Source of the DNA: a candidate division FCPU426 bacterium
GTDB taxonomy: Bacteria > Oederibacteriota > JAAXVQ01 > JAUVAV01
NCBI GenBank assembly: GCA_040756875.1
Contig: JBFLYH010000002.1
Location: forward strand, 286,526 to 350,525
DNA length: 64,000 nt
Direction: 5' to 3'
Of this stretch, positions 59,016 through 64,000 are shown piece by piece. How positions within the stretch are numbered: the stretch's first letter is position 1; every line of letters starts with the position of its first letter. The position numbers were made by a program, and so were the translations under genes. A model generated the notes under the pieces. That model searched no databases. It was not told where the DNA came from and saw only the letters and a list, made by a program, of their open reading frames with translations.

Positions 59016-59581
59016 ACCTCCATCAATTCCTTTTCCTTGTGCTGGGTGAGCGCGTCCACCTGCTTGATGAAATCGTCGGTCAGCTTCTGGATGCGCCCCT
59101 CGGCCGATTTCTCGTCGTCCTCGCCGAGCTGTTTGTCCTTCTTGAGGGTTTTCAGGGATTCCATGCTCTTGCGGCGGTGGTTGCGCAGCTCCACTTTGAT
59201 GTCCTCGGCGAGCTTCTGGACATGCTTGACCAGTTCCTTGCGCCGCTCCTCGGTGAGCGCGGGGAAGGAAAGGCGGATCACCTTGCCGTCGTTGATCGGC
59301 GTGAGGCCGAGGTTGGCCTTCAGCAGCGTGCGTTCGATTTCCCCCAGCACGCTTACGTCCCACGGCTTGATTTCGAGGGTTTTGGCGTCCGGCGTTACGA
59401 TGGTGGCCACCTGGTTGATGGGCATCTGGCTGTTGTAGTACTCCACCCGGATGCCTTCGAGGATGGCGGCCGAGGCGCGCCCGGTGCGCACGGCGAGAAA
59501 TTCCCGTTTAAGCGCTTCCAGCGCCTTGGTCATGCGTTCCTGGGTGTCATGTTGAATGTCTTGCAGGGGATTTGCCGTCAT
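59012..59581 (-). CDS. frr: Ribosome recycling factor
   Basis: RTGRAS, LTEERRKELVK, KEKELMEV. Confidence 0.97.
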   Translation of the reverse strand: MTANPLQDIQHDTQERMTKALEALKREFLAVRTGRASAAILEGIRVEYYNSQMPINQVATIVTPDAKTLEIKPWDVSVLGEIERTLLKANLGLTPINDGKVIRLSFPALTEERRKELVKHVQKLAEDIKVELRNHRRKSMESLKTLKKDKQLGEDDEKSAEGRIQKLTDDFIKQVDALTQHKEKELMEV

Positions 59582-59606
59582 GCGAACACCTCCGGTTCGA
59601 AGCAGC

Positions 59607-60341
59607 CTATTGAACCAGCGTGCCGATCGGTTTGCCGGACACCGCCAGACGGATGTTTTCCCGCCGGTTCAAATTGAAAACGATGATCGGCAGCTGGTTG
59701 TCCATGCACAGCGAGATCGCCGTGGAATCCATCACTTGCAGGCGCCGCTGGAGTACGTCCATGTATTTTAATTCCCGGTGAAACTCCGCTTTGGGGTTCC
59801 GGCGCGGATCGTCCGAATAAACGCCGTCCACGTTGGTGGCTTTCAGGATCACATCCGCCTTGATTTCCACCGCGCGCAGGGCGGCCGCGGTGTCCGTGGA
59901 AAAATAGGGGTTGCCGGTGCCGGCCGCGAAAATGACCACCCGGCCCTTTTCCAAATGCCGGATGGCGCGGCGCCGGATGAACGGCTCGGCCAGTTTCTGC
60001 ATTTCGATGGCGGTTTGGACGCGGGTGGGCACGCCCGCCCGTTCCAGGCTGTCCTGCATGGCCAGCGAGTTGATCACTGTGGCCAGCATGCCCATATAAT
60101 CCGCAGCCACCCGGTCCATGCCGCGCGATTCGGCGAGCGACCCCCGCAGAATGTTGCCGCCGCCCAGCACCAGGGCGACCTGCACGCCGCTCTTGACCAC
60201 GGCGCGGACCTGCGCGGCGATATCCTGCAGCGTCTGCTGGTTCAGGCCAAAACGCTCCGGCCCGGATAGGGCCTCGCCCGACAGCTTGAGCAGGACCCGC
60301 CGGTATTTGCCTGGACGACGCCGAGCGCTCGGCCCGGGCAT
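59607..60341 (-). CDS. pyrH: UMP kinase
   Basis: [26 protein letters not shown]. Confidence 0.97.
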   Translation of the reverse strand: MPGPSARRRPGKYRRVLLKLSGEALSGPERFGLNQQTLQDIAAQVRAVVKSGVQVALVLGGGNILRGSLAESRGMDRVAADYMGMLATVINSLAMQDSLERAGVPTRVQTAIEMQKLAEPFIRRRAIRHLEKGRVVIFAAGTGNPYFSTDTAAALRAVEIKADVILKATNVDGVYSDDPRRNPKAEFHRELKYMDVLQRRLQVMDSTAISLCMDNQLPIIVFNLNRRENIRLAVSGKPIGTLVQ

Positions 60342-60937
60342 TATTCCTCCCCGACCTTGAAGCGGACGAACCGCCGGACCTGGATGTTCTCGCCGGTTTT
60401 GGACACGGTTTCAGCCACCAGGGCGTTGACTTTGCGCGCCGGTTCCTTGATGTAGGGCTGCTCCAGCAGGCAGGTCTCCTCGAAATACTTCTCGAGTTTG
60501 CCGTTGATGATCTTCTCGAGGATCTCCGGCGGCTTCTTGGTTTCGCCCATCTGGGCCTTGTAAATGTCGCGCTCGCGCTGGATCACCTCGTCCGGGACCT
60601 CTTCACGCCGCACGTACTGGGGGTTGGAAGCCGCCACCTGCATGGCCAGCTCCCTCGACAGGCTCAGGAACGCGTCGGTTTTGGCCACGAAATCGGTTTC
60701 GCAGTTGACCTCCAGCAGCACGCCGAGCTTTCCGCCCGCGTGAATGTAGGAAGCCACGATCCCATCCGCGGCCACGCGGCCGGCTTTTTTGGTGGCGCTG
60801 GCCAAACCCCGTTCGCGCAGATAGATGATCGCCTTCTCCATGTCACCACCCGACTCCTGCAGGGCGGCCTTGCACTCCATCATACCCACTCCGGTTTTAT
60901 CGCGCAGTTCCTTGACCGCGCCGGCTGAAATCGTCAT
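60341..60937 (-). CDS. tsf: Elongation factor Ts (short form)
   Basis: [34 protein letters not shown]. Confidence 0.97.
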   Translation of the reverse strand: MTISAGAVKELRDKTGVGMMECKAALQESGGDMEKAIIYLRERGLASATKKAGRVAADGIVASYIHAGGKLGVLLEVNCETDFVAKTDAFLSLSRELAMQVAASNPQYVRREEVPDEVIQRERDIYKAQMGETKKPPEILEKIINGKLEKYFEETCLLEQPYIKEPARKVNALVAETVSKTGENIQVRRFVRFKVGEE

Positions 60938-60985
60938 GGCCTTCCTCCTTGATGAATACCTGCTGCGTTCTCGACCGCTCCCGAA

Positions 60986-61795
60986 CTATACTTCCGAGCC
61001 AACCGCGCTTTCCTCGGTTTCGCTTTCTTCCGTTTCGCCTTTATCAACCGCCGTTCCCTCGGCTGCGACCGCGAATTCGTCGGCTTTGCTTTCGCGCTCC
61101 AGGGCCTGGCGCCGGGCTTCCAGCCCTTCCAGGGCGGATTCAGCCACCAGGCTGGAAATCAAGCGGACCGCCCGGATGGCGTCGTCGTTCCCCGGAATGA
61201 TGTAATCCACTTCGTCCGGATCGCAATTGGTGTCCACGACGGCCACGATCGGAATGCCCAAACGGCGGCATTCGGCGATGGCGTTGTGTTCCTTCTTGGT
61301 GTCGACCACGAAGATCGCGCCCGGCAGCTCCTCCATATCCTTGATGCCGCTCAGGGTCTTCTGCATCTTCGCCAGTTCCTTGACCGCCAGCAACTTTTCC
61401 TTTTTAGGCAGGTTGTCCAGCGTGCCGTCGGCCAGCTGGGCTTCCAGGGCTTTCATGCGCGTGATGGTCTTGCGGATGGTTTGGAAATTCGTGAGGGTTC
61501 CGCCCAGCCAACGCTGGTTCACAAAGAACATGCTGCAGCGGCTGGCTTCTTCCTGGATGGAATCCTTGGCCTGTTTCTTGGTGCCGACGAAAATGATTTT
61601 TTGTCCGCTGGCAGCCACATCCTTGACAAAACGCGTGGCTTCTTTGAGTTTTTTGACGGTTTTCTGCAGGTCGATGATGTAGATGCCGTTGCGCTCGCCG
61701 TAGATGTAGCGTTCCATCTTGGGGTTCCAGCGCCGGGTTTGGTGCCCGAAATGAACCCCAGCTTCCAGCAATTGCTTCATAGAAATATTGACCAT
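60986..61795 (-). CDS. rpsB: 30S ribosomal protein S2
   Basis: [31 protein letters not shown]. Confidence 0.98.
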   Translation of the reverse strand: MVNISMKQLLEAGVHFGHQTRRWNPKMERYIYGERNGIYIIDLQKTVKKLKEATRFVKDVAASGQKIIFVGTKKQAKDSIQEEASRCSMFFVNQRWLGGTLTNFQTIRKTITRMKALEAQLADGTLDNLPKKEKLLAVKELAKMQKTLSGIKDMEELPGAIFVVDTKKEHNAIAECRRLGIPIVAVVDTNCDPDEVDYIIPGNDDAIRAVRLISSLVAESALEGLEARRQALERESKADEFAVAAEGTAVDKGETEESETEESAVGSEV

Positions 61796-61807
61796 ACTGC
61801 CTCCTGA

Positions 61808-61886
61808 CGGTTTTGCCTCCGCCGCGTTCAACCCGTCCGGAATCCCCAGCGGGGACACTGCCGGATCGGTCCAGCGGCGTGCGTAG
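61808..61886 (-). promoter_or_regulatory. rpsB 5' leader (S2 autoregulatory structure)
   Basis: Minus strand ACGCACGCCGC...GCGGCGGAGGCAAAACC upstream of the SD. Confidence 0.65.
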
Positions 61887-62120
61887 TGGGTCTCAGGGCG
61901 AGACCAATGGAACGGCGGATATTAGCACAATCGGAGGGGAGATGGCAAGGGGATTTTAACCTTAAATGCAGGCTAAAATAATGAAACCCTCTCCCCGGCG
62001 AAGCTGTGGGAGAGGGTGGGGGTGAGGGGTCCCGCAATTCTCATTTTGGAATGCTCATCAGAGTCTTGTATCCCCTGCCCCTCCAGGGAGGGGAATTTTA
62101 ATAATGAATTTGGTGGGATT

Positions 62121-63167
62121 TTACGGTAGCAACCCGGGCCCGGTCAGGCCCAGGGATTCCGGCAAGCCGGCGAGCAGGTTGAGATTCTGAATCGCCTGCC
62201 CCGAGGCGCCTTTGATCAAATTGTCCAGGCTGGCCACCGCGATTGCGGTCTGTGTGCGTTCGTCCGCCAGCACGCTCACCAGGCAGCGGTTGGTGCCCAC
62301 GGCCGAGGCCAATTCCGGCAGGCCCGAAGGCGCGGTGCGCACCTCCACGAAAGGCTCGTTCCGGTAAAAATCCTGATAAAGCCTGGTTAATTCGGCTGTG
62401 GTGGAATGGTTAAGCAACCGGGCGTAAGCCACGGATAGAATCCCCCGCCGTGCCGGCACCAGATGGGGCGAAAAGGTGATAACCACTTCCCTGCCGCCGG
62501 CCATTTTCAGCGACTGTTCCATTTCCGGTGTATGCTGGTGCACGCCCACTTTGTAGGGAATGATATTCTCCGAAACCCGCGCGAACTGGGTCTCATATTG
62601 GACCTTCCGGCCGGCGCCGCTGACGCCGGACTTGGCGTCCACCAGAATATGCTGGCAGTCCACGAGGCCGGTTTTGACCAGGGGAAATAGCGACAGCACC
62701 ACGGAGGTGACATAACACCCCGGATTGGCAATCAACTTGGCGCCCCGGATTTTGTCCCGGAAGAGTTCCGGCAGGCCGTAAACCGCCTGGCCGGCCAGTT
62801 CCTTGGCGGTGTGGGGGTGCTTGTACCAGGCTTCATATACGGACGTGTCATGGAACCTGAAATCGCCGGACAGGTCAATCACCTTCGCGCCCGAGGCCAC
62901 CAGACCCGGCGTAAGTTTAAGCGACTCGCCGTGTGGTACGGCCAGAAAAACCACATCTGCGCTTTTGGGGGAAAGGTCGGCGTCCGACAGTTTGCGCAGC
63001 ACCATGTCCCCGGCCGCTCCCAGCGCCGGATACAGGTCTCCCAGCTTCTGGCCGGCAAAGGAATCCGAGGTGGCCGCCACCACCTTGGCTTCGGGATGCA
63101 GGGACAGTAGGCGCACCAATTCCGCGCCCGTGTAACCGCTGGCGCCCACTATCGCGATTCTGATCAT
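62121..63167 (-). CDS. argC: N-acetyl-gamma-glutamyl-phosphate reductase
   Basis: GASGYTG, DLSGDFR, ANPGCY, SGVSGAG, DNLIKGASGQA. Confidence 0.97.
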   Translation of the reverse strand: MIRIAIVGASGYTGAELVRLLSLHPEAKVVAATSDSFAGQKLGDLYPALGAAGDMVLRKLSDADLSPKSADVVFLAVPHGESLKLTPGLVASGAKVIDLSGDFRFHDTSVYEAWYKHPHTAKELAGQAVYGLPELFRDKIRGAKLIANPGCYVTSVVLSLFPLVKTGLVDCQHILVDAKSGVSGAGRKVQYETQFARVSENIIPYKVGVHQHTPEMEQSLKMAGGREVVITFSPHLVPARRGILSVAYARLLNHSTTAELTRLYQDFYRNEPFVEVRTAPSGLPELASAVGTNRCLVSVLADERTQTAIAVASLDNLIKGASGQAIQNLNLLAGLPESLGLTGPGLLP

Positions 63168-63304
63168 GGCTGATTCCTCAGAGAATGAATATCAGGATTA
63201 TATAATGTATAAACAGGGGAAACCAGGAATATTTATCTCTTCGTCAAATACCCTTTCGCGTGCCCCAAAACAATTCAACGGCCCGGGGTTTTGAGCACCA
63301 CAAC

Positions 63305-63475
63305 TCAGATGGATTTGCTGACCTTCTTGAAAATTTCCAGGAGTTCGGCCCGGGTGATTTTATATTCCGACTTGCCGCCTTTGGTTGGCTTGATATATTT
63401 TTTATACTCCTTGGTAACCTTGGAAAATATTTCCAGCAGTTCTTCCGGGCTGATCGTGCGATCGTCGTCTTTCAT
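63305..63475 (-). CDS. Small protein with an internal duplication, unknown function
   Basis: ISPEELLEIFSKV / ITRAELLEIFKKV. Confidence 0.55.
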   Translation of the reverse strand: MKDDDRTISPEELLEIFSKVTKEYKKYIKPTKGGKSEYKITRAELLEIFKKVSKSI

Positions 63476-63564
63476 GAAAAGAGGCACGCTCCTTTGGCCA
63501 GAAATGAAATAACCTCATTTTCTCCGAAGGCTATAAACCATTTTAACCTATTAGCGGCCAAATA

Positions 63565-63606
63565 AAAAGGCGCTTGCCCTGGTTCGCAAACCAAGGCAAG
63601 CGCCTT
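63565..63606 (-). terminator. Intrinsic terminator
   Basis: AGGCGCTTGCC.TGGTT / AACCA.GGCAAGCGCCT hairpin followed by TTTTATTT on the minus strand, right after the stop at 63612. Confidence 0.8.
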
Positions 63607-63611
63607 GAGGC

Positions 63612-64000
63612 TTATTCAGTAAAGCGGTCGGAGAAGTCGGTTTTGGGGTAGTTCCAGATTTTAATATTATCTATATAATTTCGTAACACCCAGGTATGTG
63701 AAACTCTTTCGCCGATTTCAACATATTGTGGAAATGCATAGGTTGGTAGTGGATTGACTTCATTGTAATAAGCAGGAGCACCAATATCCTGGCCATCAAC
63801 GTACAATTTAACTTTTTGGCCGCTCGCAGCCGATAAATCTACAACATAAGCAATGTGTTCGATTAAACCATCTACTAAATATTCATGTGGATACCACAAA
63901 TAGATGATTGAGCTCTCCGGTGTATAATTCCATAATAATTGCAATCCCAGTTGAGGTGCGGCTCCTGCTGTTTGATTCGCATTTATAAAAAACACTTTAT
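63612..64000 (-). CDS. 3' end of an AT-rich gene with a LamG/concanavalin-like domain
   Basis: HIAYV.D......KLYVDG...IG...YIDNIKIWN; open to the window edge. Confidence 0.6.
   Translation of the reverse strand, partial: KVFFINANQTAGAAPQLGLQLLWNYTPESSIIYLWYPHEYLVDGLIEHIAYVVDLSAASGQKVKLYVDGQDIGAPAYYNEVNPLPTYAFPQYVEIGERVSHTWVLRNYIDNIKIWNYPKTDFSDRFTE

Overview
GC-rich bacterial chromosome segment, mostly housekeeping genes on the minus strand. It carries a Firmicutes-like conserved gene order (rpsB-tsf-pyrH-frr-uppS-cdsA-dxr-rseP-ispG-...-proS-...-polC-...-nusA-infB-DUF503-rbfA-DHH-truB-ribF), plus gatCAB, argC, murB, HU-pcrA, and rtcB-archease divergent from polX. It also has outer-membrane PorV-like and OmpA-like genes, which point to a diderm cell. 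Accessory parts are an AbiE-like type IV toxin-antitoxin pair, two 'sorting-domain cargo + PorV' gene pairs, and a six-subunit hydrogenase-related (Ehr-type) operon that lacks the NiFe cysteines and is led by an HTH-PTS EIIA regulator. The PolC has no DEDDh exonuclease domain. The intergenic DNA is rich in structured elements: a 130-bp MITE in two copies with YTAR target duplications, a ~102-bp palindromic repeat bracketing one PorV module, IS200/IS605-type hairpins, and rimP-type and rpsB leaders. The strongest novelty candidate is a four-copy structured element (read on the minus strand) with covarying stems and an invariant GAUGUCG loop. It ends on the start codons of rbfA and DUF503 and also lies upstream of rtcB. 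No tRNA, rRNA or CRISPR array was seen. All calls come from reading the sequence by eye; no database searches were run.
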